DNA of 64,000 nucleotides from Octopus sinensis (lineage: Eukaryota). Both the position numbers and the translations under genes were made by a program. Positions 1-11,924 of this stretch are shown here, piece by piece. The stretch covers positions 86,056,001 through 86,120,000 of the forward strand of contig NC_043004.1 in the NCBI RefSeq assembly GCF_006345805.1, written 5' to 3'. Each line of letters opens with the position of its first letter. Within the stretch, counting starts at the first letter, position 1. Under the pieces are notes generated by a model. That model ran no database searches and was not told the DNA's origin. It was given only the letters and a program-made list of their open reading frames with translations.

Positions 1-156
1 ACACATATATATATATGTATACGACGGGCTTCTTTCAGTTTTCGTCTACCCGAGGCTATAGTATAAGACACATGCCCAAGGTGCCACGCAGTGGGACTGA
101 ACCCGGAACCATGTGGCTGGTAAGCAAGCTACTTACCACACAGCCACTCCTGCGTC
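1..156 (-). mobile_element. tRNA-derived SINE family A, 5' part
   Basis: Minus strand reads GCAGGAGTGGCTGTGTGGTAAG (A box) ... GGTTCAGTCCC (B box); same head recurs more than 10 times in the window. Confidence 0.85.
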
Positions 157-201
157 TATAAATAAATATATTATATATATATATATATGTATATATAATC
201 C

Positions 202-253
<52 letters not shown>

Positions 254-487
254 ATATATATAGGCGTATATATATCCTGGTAACTCCCCACCTCCTGTAC
301 AATTGTTACAATGGTTGCTAATATCGATGAAAGTAACAATTCGTTTAAATCGACTCTGAAACTTGATTGGTGCTTACGGAAATCAAAAGTCAAAAGTTAC
401 CGAATTATTTGCCTGTAAAGTAAACATTCCGTACCATTTTCTCCCATGTTTTCCGCCTATTCCTTCTCCTCCTTCCTCCTATACCTT

Positions 488-489
<2 letters not shown>

Positions 490-561
<72 letters not shown>
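490..561. repeat. (CTA)n microsatellite
   Basis: Perfect trinucleotide run. Confidence 0.97.
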
Positions 562-562
<1 letters not shown>

Positions 563-1119
563 CGCCCTTATATTTTAATTATATTAAGAATAATTAAATT
601 TGCTTAAAATTTGAAGAGCAATTAATATTTTCTTTCCAATTTTTAAAAACTTTTTCATTGTTTGTTTTGCTTTCTATTATCATTTCAGTTTTCTTTTTAT
701 ACTTTCTGTCATAAACGAAATCATGTATTAAGTATTATGTAACTCTTCAGCGAATGAAATTAAGAAATTAAACAGGAAATTGTATGACAATCCTTAGATT
801 ACCAATATTTGGAGAGAAGATTCTTTTCTGAAAGAACAATGAATATCAACCTCAACTGTATTTATTCTTGGTCTCTTCTCTTGAACTACGTAGATTATTT
901 TTAGCTGTAAACACGTTTAAAAATTTCCTTCTGCTCTGAATGATAAATTTTGAAAGTTGTGCAATAACAACATTGGAAACCTGACGAGGAAAAGCAATAA
1001 AGTGTGAAAGAGAATACAAATAAAAGCAAAAATAAATAGAGAGTAAATATTGAACAAAACCCATAATATTTGAAAAGAAAAGAATATGCAATCATTTTGA
1101 CTATACATATATTATTCTG

Positions 1120-1340
1120 AACCGAAAACGGAAGTCTCTGACGTTTGGAACGTAAAATAGAGATTTATAAAGTTCGGGTCAAAGATATTACTCGTGTTAT
1201 GTTATGTGTGCTTGCGGGAGGCAACTGGCAAGACTTTCTATAATAACCTCTACAATGTGTTGTCAAAAATATGGCTCGTATAGTGAACAATTGCAGAAAA
1301 GAAACTTCCGGTACATTCAGGAAAAAAATGGCTGCATTAA
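1120..1340. promoter_or_regulatory. Candidate promoter region (ETS- and YY1-like motifs)
   Basis: CGGAAGT 1129-1135, ACTTCCGGT 1304-1312, AAAATGGCTGC 1325-1335 in repeat-free DNA; exon-like segments lie downstream on the minus strand. Confidence 0.25.
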
Positions 1341-1829
1341 TTAGATAACTAGATTACAATAGATGTAGAGACATGTACACAGACACACAGATATTGTATA
1401 CATAGGTTTTGTTTTCCGCTCTCGTGTACATTCTCTCTCACATCCATGTTAATATAAATATACAATTAGGAGACAGAGATAGACAGACCTGAAGCAAACC
1501 TGAAGAAGAGAGAGAAGGTTATTGATGAGGTCGCGATGGCGACAAAAGGACTTTGTCAAACCTAGCTATATTTTGATCTTTATTTGCATTCATAGCCTCT
1601 CTGGTCGCTAACCGTGAGCTATACAGAAACTTTCAGCTTATCGAATTTCCTTGTAACTTCGATATGGCAAAGAGTGTGTGACCTTCGACACCAATAAATT
1701 GTTATTGTTCCTGACTGTACGCTGTAGAATTTTTGTTTTCTATACCTGCCATGGACTGCATGAATCTTTCGAACTTCCTACACTTGGATCCCCGGATATC
1801 AATATATATATAAATATCAATATATATAT

Positions 1830-2035
1830 AGTTAGAATTTACAAAAAAAAAAAAATAAATAAAAGACGGGTGTGTAAACAACAAATAGATGTATTAATTT
1901 AATGCTCGGGAAGTGAGAGAGTATTTTACGTTTCGACAGAAAGAACACAGAAATAAACGGAGAGAAAATAGAAAAAGGTGTAATGGCTAGCGATCTATCA
2001 TGGCGAATGTCGGACAGAGGGGTCATACAGAAGGG
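1830..2035 (-). mobile_element. Repeat family H (Penelope pLTR-like), copy with deleted hammerhead helix II
   Basis: Aligns with 14652-14848, 26059-26222 and 57332-57430; ACGTTTCGA-CAGAAAG lacks the GCCTACGCTCTTCGA segment. Confidence 0.7.
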
Positions 2036-2299
2036 TTAGGAAGAAGGGGAGATTAATAAAGTAATGGTGATCACAAAACGAAGGTGCGCGTGCATGTGTA
2101 TGTGAGATGGTGTAGGTGCAGGGAAGTAGTCAGTGCTAGTGAGTGAGCTGGTGTGGTGTGGTATGGTGGTGTTTGGTGTGGTGGTGTTTGGTTGTGGAGG
2201 AGGATATATATATATATATATATATATCCTCCACAACAATTAGATCTCTACTCTAATGCAGCTCCCGGTTCACTTTATATCATATATAGGACAAAGAAC

Positions 2300-2610
2300 A
2301 GCGGTTATGAATGACCATGAGGTTGCACCTTGATAGTTACCCTCCGAGGCATAAGACCGGGCAAGGTTGTTTATGGAAGGCCATCAGTCGTCCATGCATA
2401 CCAGCCTCCACTCTCCACGCCACCGATGTTGTCTAAGGAAGAGGCAAAGGCCGATGCAATTTGGCACCAGTGACGTCGCAACTCATTTCTACGTGAAATA
2501 AAGTGTCTTGTTCAAGAACACAACACACAGCTCGGTCCGAGAATCGAACTCAGAATCCTAGGATTGTGAACCCGACGCTCTAACAACTACAACTGGACCA
2601 TGCTCCTTCC
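2300..2610 (-). mobile_element. CORE-type tRNA SINE (head D, tail T2)
   Basis: tRNA-like head with GAGTTCGATTC, then GTGTTCTTGAACAAGACACTTTATTTCAC; homologous to 23513-23848. Confidence 0.8.
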
Positions 2611-2905
2611 CACACAAACACACACATACACACACACGCATTCACATGCACATACGTGTTGCTCGTGATTGCGTATGTGCATATAATTGTGTTTTTTTTT
2701 ATATTTTGTTCACCAAACGTCGCTCATGGAGTTATAAATTCATAGGTTTATGTATATATGCATTTTCTTCTGTGAATCTTGTGAAGTCATGAATGCGTGC
2801 AATGTACATACATCTATATAAGAAAGGAATCTATGTTTATAGGGGCGTATGTCCTTTTTTTTTATAATGTTCATATAATGCATATAGACGGTATTCAAAG
2901 AAGAA

Positions 2906-3139
2906 TAAGGCAGCGAGCTGGCAGAAACGGTAGCACGCCGGGCGAAATGCTTAGCGGTATTTCGTCTGCCACTACGTTTTGAGTTCAAATTCCGCCGAGG
3001 TCGACTTTGCCTTTCATCCTTTCGGGGTCGATAAATTAAGTACCGGTTACGCACTGGGGTCGATGTAATCGACTTAATCCGTTTCTCTGTCTTTGTTTGT
3101 CCCCTATGTGTTTAGCCCCTTGTGGGTAGTAAAGAAATA
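2906..3139 (+). mobile_element. SINE family B, full length, with 16-bp TSD
   Basis: GGCAGCGAGCTGGCAGAA...GAGTTCAAATTCC...CCCCTTGTGGGTAGTAAAGAAATA flanked by GGTATTCAAAGAAGAA at 2890-2905 and 3140-3155. Confidence 0.9.
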
Positions 3140-4139
3140 GGTATTCAAAGAAGAACTTATTCACTTTGGAGGGGTGGCAGTGTGAGTGGTGGGGTCGTGC
3201 TTAAAATTTCAAAGTATGAATTGTTATTTGTGCATGCAGGGGTAGAAAATTTCCTTTCTAATGTTTAAAATGTTCACTGTTGATGTTATGATATTTAGTT
3301 TTTCGGTGATGCAGGGCTCGCATTTACTTCCCTGTCCCCTGTATTTGGTGGCCTTAGCTATAATGGTCCAGTTTATATGGGAGGGCTTCTCACTCGTCCA
3401 TCTTTAAGTACCTATACGATATGTATGTTTGCATGTGTGTACAGATGTATAATGTAATTTCTCTCTCGCTCTCTCTCTCTCTCTCGCACACACACCCACC
3501 CACACATACACACACACTGAATATTTCGACCAATAACGTAGTCCAATATTATAAAAGCTAATCAAGGAGGTAGTTTGTTGCATCTATGTATTAACAATAG
3601 ACATACACACGATTGCCTTCGATTAGGCACATTGTTCGTGATATAACAAATGGGATTTATGGATAATGAAGTTAGTACGTAGCAGAGTTATAGGAAGAGA
3701 AAGACAATGTGTCCTACCGTCGCTTTATGAAGTAAGAATTTATTGTGACAACACAACAATTAGATCTCTACTCTAATGCAACTCCCGGTTCACTTTATAT
3801 CATATGACACAAAACGACTTAGTTTTATGAGGCAACGCGGATTCTCAACTTGGCATTCGACCTGGTAAAATTAACAGCTAAATTTCACTCATGTAATAAC
3901 CTGTCATCTCAGAAAAAAAAAGAGAGTAGAAATGAAAAGAAATACACTAATGCAACATTGTATTAGGTAATCTTAAGCTCAAAGAAAAAGATGAGGCTGT
4001 CAAAACTTAAATGACTTTACTTTGAGACCTATTGTATCAGAAATGTTCTGAGTTTACTCAGTAACAAGCTTTTATTATATTTTTCTGAGTAAATATTGGA
4101 ATTAAATACTATGATATGCTTTGATTTTCTAAAGAGCCT

Positions 4140-4515
4140 CTTTTCTCTTTCACTCATTGGACTGTGGCTATGCTAGGGCTCTACATTGGATGGGTTAATC
4201 GTGCAAATCGACCTCGGGACTAAATTTTTAAAACCTAGTACTACCACGCAGTTTCCGTCTATCAGATACACTTACGGTGGTGTGGAGAGCGGAGGCTGGT
4301 ATGCATGGGCAACTGATGGCCTTCTATAAACAAGTTTTCCCGGTCTTATGCCTCGGAGGGTAACATTCTAGGTGCAACCTGATGGTCATTCATATCAGAT
4401 GCACTTACGGGGCCATAATTGAAGAAACTTGCTTAAAATGCTGCGTAGTGGGACTGACACAAAAACACGGGACTCGGAAGCGATCTTCTTTATCACGCAA
4501 CCATTTCTGCGCCTA
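4140..4515 (-). mobile_element. Degenerate SINE A interrupted by a T2-tail fragment (about 4275-4395, + strand)
   Basis: Similarity to the other A and D/T2 copies. Confidence 0.65.
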
Positions 4516-4941
4516 GATGAAAATTTAGGGAAATGAAATAGCGTCGGAAGGATAGGATTGAAACCACCTCACGATCTTGCTTTAATGTTACATTACATTG
4601 AGTAAAAGACGATTAACCCTCTGTCGTTGATACATCTTGGTGTACAATGTACATAAGGGATTTCTTTAATGGCTCTTTGTTGTATAAACGAATGTAACTG
4701 CTATCTTTCATCGGCAGCAGCTTCAGAAGTGGTTGATTATAATTGCTATGATAAGTAATGGATAAAAGTTATTAAAAATTTTGCCAAAACAATTACTGCA
4801 AAATACGACTATATGCATGCATTTTGTTAAATATCCGAATAATACAGTGTATTTATCAGAATAATATAAAATCTAAAAAGAATATTTCGTTTTTGGTTTT
4901 GGTTTGCAGGATCATTTATATGAGTTCGTATGTTGAAGCAT

Positions 4942-5098
4942 ATTCTGTTATGTCTGGGGAGAGTCATTAATTTAACACACTCACCGTTAAAATAAAAAAA
5001 ATAAAAATAAAAATAAGAAAAAAGTGGAAATATAATCGGTGAGTGTGTTAAATTATAAGGCACAAAAAGAAAATGACTCTCCCCAGACATAACAGAAT
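4942..5098. mobile_element. Foldback MITE-like element
   Basis: ATTCTGTTATGTCTGGGGAGAGTCATT (4942-4968) is the exact reverse complement of 5072-5098; AATTTAACACACTCACCG (4969-4986) of 5037-5054. Confidence 0.8.
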
Positions 5099-5184
5099 TA
5101 AAAAGAATATTTTTAACATAAAAAAAACTGCATTTTTCGATATTGTGATTAACCACCTACACCACCTCTATGTTGTTTTTGTCC

Positions 5185-6760
5185 GAACAACATAAAATTG
5201 TTCGAGTGCAAATACATAAATTTGGAAAATCAGATATATTCTACTCAATGATTAACGTCCAGATTTATTATCTGCAACTGTGGAAACCAATCAAACTAGA
5301 AACTGTAATTGCGTAAAGGTGAACCGAAGAGCCATGTCATGTTTATCTTCCATAACAATGTCGTCTTTAATCGCATCTTGATGTAAAAGAGATTATTTGA
5401 ATTATTGTTCCATTACAAAGTCCATTATCCTTAGTTAAATTACGCAATAATATTACAAGATAACCCCTTTTTGCATATGAAAGGAACTGCAATGTTTACA
5501 GCAGTTTAAAAACCCCATCACTTAAGTGTGCATTTTCCATTCGTCATAAAAAGAACAAATGCTTTTTTCTTGGTCACTAATTCTACACCAAATATGTTAA
5601 CATTTTTCTCATATATCAACACATATCATAGGGCATTATTGCGTGTGCTCTCCCGTTTTCACGCCAATTGCAAATAAACTTATAAGCATTGAGAAGCTCG
5701 ATTTTACCTTCAGATTTCGGCCGTTTTCTCTCTTCACTAATAGGAAATAGAAAATCAGTTAATTCAATTCTTCAGTCAAATATTTTTGCTAACTTTCAGT
5801 TTAATCATCTTTTTCCGAAATAAAGCACGAATCCCAGCTTTGTTTGTGACAATATTCTTGCCAGCTTTCTTTAAGGTAGTGAGCATTTATCGAAAACCGA
5901 CTTAACACATTCTGGTATTTTCACCAAAACGTGAAAGACTTTTCAAAAGACCACAACGTTTGTGATCAACAGCATCATAAATATACCTCGACATCTGTAA
6001 CTCTGGGATTAGTTTTATCTGTTTGCTGTTAGTATTAATTTTACAAACAAGATTCTTGATAATGGAAACTGAAATATGGAAAATTTAATGGACGGTAGAA
6101 TCAGTTGTTGATACAACCGTGAAAACGTATTGATTCAAGCCTGGTACTGCATAATTATTTATTTTATTGAAATGTCTTTCTAGAAACTTCAGGACCATCA
6201 AGAACGAAAATGTTTGAACTTGGGTTATTGCTTTCTATTCATCAAAATCCAAAAGCATTTTGCTGCTCTTAGTTCAGGCTTCCGTTTTTGTCGAATGCTT
6301 TTGTAGGTTGACAACAGTAAAGTCGGAAGTGATTAAAAAATTTTGGTACATCTAATACTTAGAAAATCGAGAGCTGAGTTGCTCTAACTGTTTATTATTA
6401 TCCTCATCATAAACATCTGCCGTTAGTTGATTAGATAAATTCTGATTTTGAAAGAATGTAAATTTATATGAGACTTCATAAAATAGCAATATCGAATTAA
6501 ATAAATCTCGACTTTTAGACGAAAATCATGTTCCAAATTCTGTAACATAATTCACGTCTGTTTTAGATACAGATTTTAAAAAGTCCAGCTGGAAAGTTGC
6601 TTTCTTGTATTTTTCACTTGATGCCCTTCACCCCTACAAGTTTCACCTTCTTAAACGAGGATAGCCACAAATTCGTGTATTAAAATTATAAACGGAAGAT
6701 AATTTTCAGTATCTAGGGGACTGATCGAGTATATTTTCAAGTTGACCTTTCACATATTTA
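5185..6760 (-). pseudogene. Highly degenerate Helitron RepHel, PIF1-type helicase region
   Basis: Colinear motif remnants on the minus strand: YSISPLDTENYLPFIILIH (about 6735-6675), Walker A-like FVLDGPEVSRKTF (6208-6170), LVILLRNLTKDNGLCNGT (5459-5406), FTFTQLQFLV*LVSTVADNKSGR*SL and VFALEQFYV (5325-5190); many stops and frameshifts. Confidence 0.8.
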
Positions 6761-7069
6761 CAATGCGGAAGAATCTGGTACGTACAAATCTCTCCCCTGT
6801 TGCGATTCAAATATCTATATGCATTAAAAAGCCAATTTAAATTAAAAATTTTTGTCGGTTTTTGTATGGAACAACAAACATTAAAGTCTATTATATTTTA
6901 ATATTTAGCGAAAGATGACCCGTCCTTTCCACACATAGATTGCCCTCGGAACCATGTAGCCGGAAAGGAAACTTCTTACGGAAAGCAAACGTCTTACAGG
7001 TCACGCCTGCGTCTATAAATATCCATATTAATTTTGTAAAATAAATTTGAACAAAGTACTTCATAGATA

Positions 7070-7461
7070 CTCTTTTACTTGTTTCAGTCATTTGACTGCG
7101 ACCATGCTGGAGCACCGTCTTTAGTCAAGCAAATCGACCCCGGGACTTACTATTTGTAAGCCTAGTACTTATTCTATCGGTTTCTTTTGCTGAACCGCTA
7201 AGTGATGCGGACATACACACACAAGCATCGGTTGTCCAGCAATGCTAGGGGACAAACACAGACACAGAAACATACATACACACATATATATATACATATG
7301 TACGACGGGTTTCTTTCAATTTCCGTCTACCAAATCCACTCACAAGGCTTTGGTCGGCCAGAGGCTATAGAAAAAGACACTTGCCCAAGGTGTCACGCAG
7401 TGGGACTGAACCCGGAACCATGTGGTTGGTAAGCAAGCTACTTACCACACAGCCACTCCTG
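7070..7461 (-). mobile_element. SINE family A, full length
   Basis: tRNA head, internal (TA/TG) microsatellite, tail ...CAGTCAAATGACTGAAACAAGTAAAAGAG. Confidence 0.9.
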
Positions 7462-7975
7462 AACAAAAAATATGATAAACATAAGTGTACATCACTTGTT
7501 GCGCGAGTATGTTTCCCCATTGTGCTTGTTCGCAAGTGCAATTTGGTGCTGAACCACGACACATCATCAAGGGAACACTTTATTGCATTAACCTACAGAG
7601 ATCAAGTTTTAAAACTACCTGCACGCATAAGATTTACGCAGTTCATATCTAAAACAACTATAAACATCTGAATTACAAGAAGCTCAGACAAAGCTGCTTA
7701 AAGATGAACAGCTGGTTGCTTCTTGTTAATAAATGCTTCGGTGGCCTAAAGTCCCCATAGTATCAGAACGATAATAGTAAACAATGACATTAAAAGATAA
7801 CATGAAAGGGACCTCTGTTGTAAAGCTACCAAATTGCTAATAAATAAGGAAGACAGATAATTCCAAAGTATTTTCATTCTTTTGATGTCGCAAATAATAT
7901 ATATATATATATATGTATGTGTGTGTATGTATGTAAATATATATATATGTATATATGTATATACATGTGAAGGCG

Positions 7976-8027
<52 letters not shown>

Positions 8028-8069
8028 TATATATATATGTATATATATGTATGTATATATGTATATACA

Positions 8070-8475
8070 TGTGGTCAGGGCAGCGGACTCGCGGTTGTTG
8101 GATCGCGGTTCCGATTCTCAGACCGGGAAATCGACTCCAGGACTTATTCATTATAAGCCTAGTACTTACTTTATCGGTCTCTTTTTCCGAACCGCTAAGT
8201 TATGGGAACGTAAACACACCACCATCGATTGTCGAGCGATGTTGGAGGGACAAACACAGACACACAGACTTATACACACACAACACACACACACACGCAC
8301 ACACATACAAATATATATACATATATACGACGGGCTTCTTTTAGTTTCCGTCTACCAAATCCACTCACAAGGCTTTGGTCGGCCCGAAGCTTTATTGTAG
8401 AAGACACTTGCCCAAGGTGCCACGCGGTGGGAATGAACTCGGAACCATGTGGTTCGTAAGCAAGCTACTTAGCAC
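8070..8475. mobile_element. SINE C head (+, about 8070-8127) abutting a 3'-truncated SINE A (-, about 8128-8475)
   Basis: GTGGTCAGGGCAGCGGACTCGCGG...CAGACCGGG runs directly into AAATCGACTCCAGGACTTATTC. Confidence 0.75.
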
Positions 8476-9009
8476 AGAGATAGACGAGGGAATAACAGAC
8501 AATGTACATTCTACAGAAAGGATTGAGGAAAGAAAACAAGAGAGAAAGAAAGACATGTCTAGAGCAATGGTTTCACACACACACACGCATACAGAGTTAT
8601 TCATTCTTAATATTACACGCGTACCTTGGTACCGCATAATCCTTAACGCGCTCGATTATCTACAGACTATTGCGGGTTAAAACAATTGAAAATATTTACA
8701 TCTTCAGTTACACGACATCATTTCAGACTAATAAAACATTTGACCGAGTCTAATTATGCAAATATGTTAATTATGGAATGTTCCGGTAAAACGTGATGGC
8801 AGATTGATTTTTGGCAAATGATGCCAGCGCGAAGATATTCATGATCATTTGTTTTATTTATTTCATTTTAGTAATTTCAAATGATGTACGATTTGATAAT
8901 AATTAGATTGTGTAATGATCATATTTATTCGCCATTATCTTGAATAATTATTTCATTTAGTTATGTAATTGGCATGTCAATTCTAATTTTTAATTACTAT
9001 CGCATATGC

Positions 9010-9010
9010 C

Positions 9011-9042
<32 letters not shown>

Positions 9043-9186
9043 ACATCATAATTATTATCATTATCAACATCATTATCATCGTCGTCGTCGTCGTCATCAT
9101 CATCATCATCAACATCATTATCATCGTCGTCGTCATCATCATCATCATCATCATCATCAACATCATTATCATCGTCATCATCATTG

Positions 9187-9223
<37 letters not shown>

Positions 9224-9320
9224 TATCATCGTCACCATCATCATCACCATCATCATCACCATCATCACCATCATCATCATCATCGTCGTCGTTATCATCA
9301 TCACCGTCATCATCAGCATC

Positions 9321-9352
<32 letters not shown>

Positions 9353-9505
9353 CGTCGTCGTCATCATCATCATCATCATCATCGTCATCATCACCAAGAT
9401 CAGTCATTGTTATCTTCAACGTCATCACCATCAGTGTCATCATCATTATGATGATGAAGATCCTCGTCATCGTCGTCGTCGTAATCTTAAACATTATCAT
9501 TATTG
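9010..9505. repeat. (CAT/CGT/CAC)n compound microsatellite
   Basis: About 500 bp trinucleotide tract; source of the poly-D/I/M/S pseudo-ORFs. Confidence 0.95.
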
Positions 9506-9886
9506 TGTTTTTTAATTAGTTCGAAACACTAACGAGAGCCGTAGAAATTTCATATTTTCATAAATGTTCGCAGTTTTAATTTAATGAACATATTCACGGA
9601 TGTTCGTAACATTGTCCCGGTAGTGTCTTTGATTTCGTTCCACAGTTATATTCGTTGTATGCGTAACGCTCGAATACACGTCACAGCAACAACAGCAACA
9701 ACAATAACAACAACAACAATAACAATAATGTCTGGATGTTGACTGTCTCCCACGATAATTAACAACCAAGCATCAAAGCTTATAAAGTGCGGAAAGCGAC
9801 TCGGCGAGACCTCTTACAACAGAATCTCACAGAATCAATCAGAGTAAACAAGACGGAGCGCTCTGAGATGTAAAACAACAGCAAGA

Positions 9887-10330
9887 GTGGAGGCGCAATG
9901 GCCCAGTGGTTTCGGCAGCGGACTCATGGTCGTAAGAACGCGGTTTCGATTCCCAGACCGGGCACTGTGAGTGTTGATTGAGTAAAAACACCTAAGCTCC
10001 ACGAGGTTCTGGCTGGGGGTGGGTTGTGAACGCCGCTGTACTCTTTCACCACAACTTTCACTCTTTCTTCCTACTTCTGCCACAAAGTAGAGGAACGATG
10101 GTGTAACCCACTATGCGAATCCCTTGTACCCCAGGATGGTTCAGCTCTCCACCCGTTAAAAGCCACCGTTTACGGAATGAGGATAACAACGTGCAATCGC
10201 CAGTCTATCCCGTGTAGTGGGTGGATCTTCAAGTTGCTACACACATTCTTAGTAGCTTAGAGTAGGCTCGAATGTGAGATTAATCCTTGTGGCTAATGGC
10301 GTGAGTCATGATTGGAAGAAGAAGAATAAC
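9887..10330 (+). mobile_element. tRNA-derived SINE, head C with tail T4
   Basis: GGAGGCGCAATGGCCCAGTGG...GGTTTCGATTCCC head; body matches 58700-59054 (-); ends in (GAA)n/(CAA)n. Confidence 0.8.
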
Positions 10331-10341
10331 AACAACAACAG

Positions 10342-10835
10342 GCTCCCATGGCTTCTGAATAACTGATTGAAAGTGTTATTATGTAATGCTTTGTCTTGGT
10401 ATAAAAGATGAGCTACAACAAATATTCTGCTCAATACCACAGATTTGATTGTCAGTTGTTTGACCTTAACAAGTTGAGCTTGTCCTTTGGTCGTTGATGA
10501 CATGTGTATCTCTGATCACGAGCAGAAGTAGCGGGGGGGAGGCATCATAGCCATGTGTTGAGAGGAATTCCATGAAGTTTGAATGATTCACATCTGGAAA
10601 CGAGTCTGTTCAATATAATTAAACAACCCTTGTTCAAGGATCAATCGAGCGGGATGGGCTACTCGACCTGGGCCCCATCTGCAAGGTCATGTGCTGTTTG
10701 TCGTGATATGAGATCATCATGTCGAGCACATATGATTGTGATGCATCAGTCGGGGCGTTATGATGGGTATACCGGGGCTGTACATATTTTACCCCAGTGT
10801 CGTTTTGATGGCAGGCGCTGCTATCTCACTCACTC

Positions 10836-10846
<11 letters not shown>
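10342..10846 (+). mobile_element. Non-coding repeat X, probable 3' UTR of a TAA-associated non-LTR element
   Basis: Homologous to 11925-12410; both end in CTCACTC followed by (AAT)n. Confidence 0.65.
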
Positions 10847-10888
<42 letters not shown>

Positions 10889-10889
<1 letters not shown>

Positions 10890-11772
10890 GAGCCATGATA
10901 AAACGATGGCAAGAAAAGCCCCTTCATGGTAAATACTGCACTAAACTAAACGCAAAAGAAATAGACAAAGAAAAATCCCAGCAATGGTTGAGAAACTCAG
11001 GACTCAAAGCAGAAACAGAGGGATTTTTAATTGCAGCACAAGACCAAAGCCTCCCCACCAGAAATTACCAATAACATGTAATGAAAAGAAATATTACAAG
11101 TAATTGCAGAATATGTGGAGATGGACAAGAAACAATAAATCATATTATCTCTAGCTGCCCAGTCCTGGCTAAGAAGGAATATATTCATAGACATGACAGA
11201 GTTGGAACCTACATACATTGGAAGCTATGCCAACATTATGGAATAACAACAGAAAAAAGATGGTATAGGCACACACCAGAAAAGGTCACAGAAAACGAGA
11301 AAGCAACCATACTCTGGGATATGCCGATACACACAGATAGAGAAATTAAGGCCAACAGACCAGATATAGTTGTCAGAGATCATGAAGAAAAAAAATGCTT
11401 TCTAATTGATGTATCAATACCGGCAGATGACAACGTGTCTCTAAAAGAAATGGAGAAACTCTCAAAATACAAAGACCTGGAAATAGAGGTAACTAGAATG
11501 TGGAACCTGAAAACAGAAACAATTCCTATCATAGTAGGTGCATTAGGCATGATAAAAAAATATTCAGACAAATACATAACAAAAATACCAGGACTTACAA
11601 ACGCATATAACATACAGAAAATTGCACTACTAGGCACTGCACACATCCTACGCAGAACACTTTCCATACAATAACCATCAGAGCATCACAACAAATCACA
11701 GCACATACCCAAGGCACACAGAGCTGCGCTCGGTAGTGAAGTGAAAGCACGCTATAAAAATACAACTACTGA
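10889..11772 (+). mobile_element. 5'-truncated R4/Dong-clade non-LTR retrotransposon (zinc knuckle, RLE endonuclease, 3' UTR)
   Basis: WQEKPLHG...ETEGFLIAAQDQ upstream of one stop (11072-11074); ORF 11081-11674 has CRICG..ETINHIISSC, RHD, RPDIV, LIDVSIP, EKLSKY, PIIVGALG; (AAT)n on both sides. Confidence 0.93.
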
Positions 11773-11799
11773 ATAATAATAATAATGATAGTAATAATG

Positions 11800-11869
<70 letters not shown>

Positions 11870-11924
11870 TAATAATAATAATAATAATGATAATAATAAT
11901 AATAATAATAATAAAAATAATAAT

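Noticed and set aside
8990-9519. Long poly-Asp/Met/Ile/Ser ORFs
   Set aside because: Read-through of a (CAT)n microsatellite; no flanking coding context
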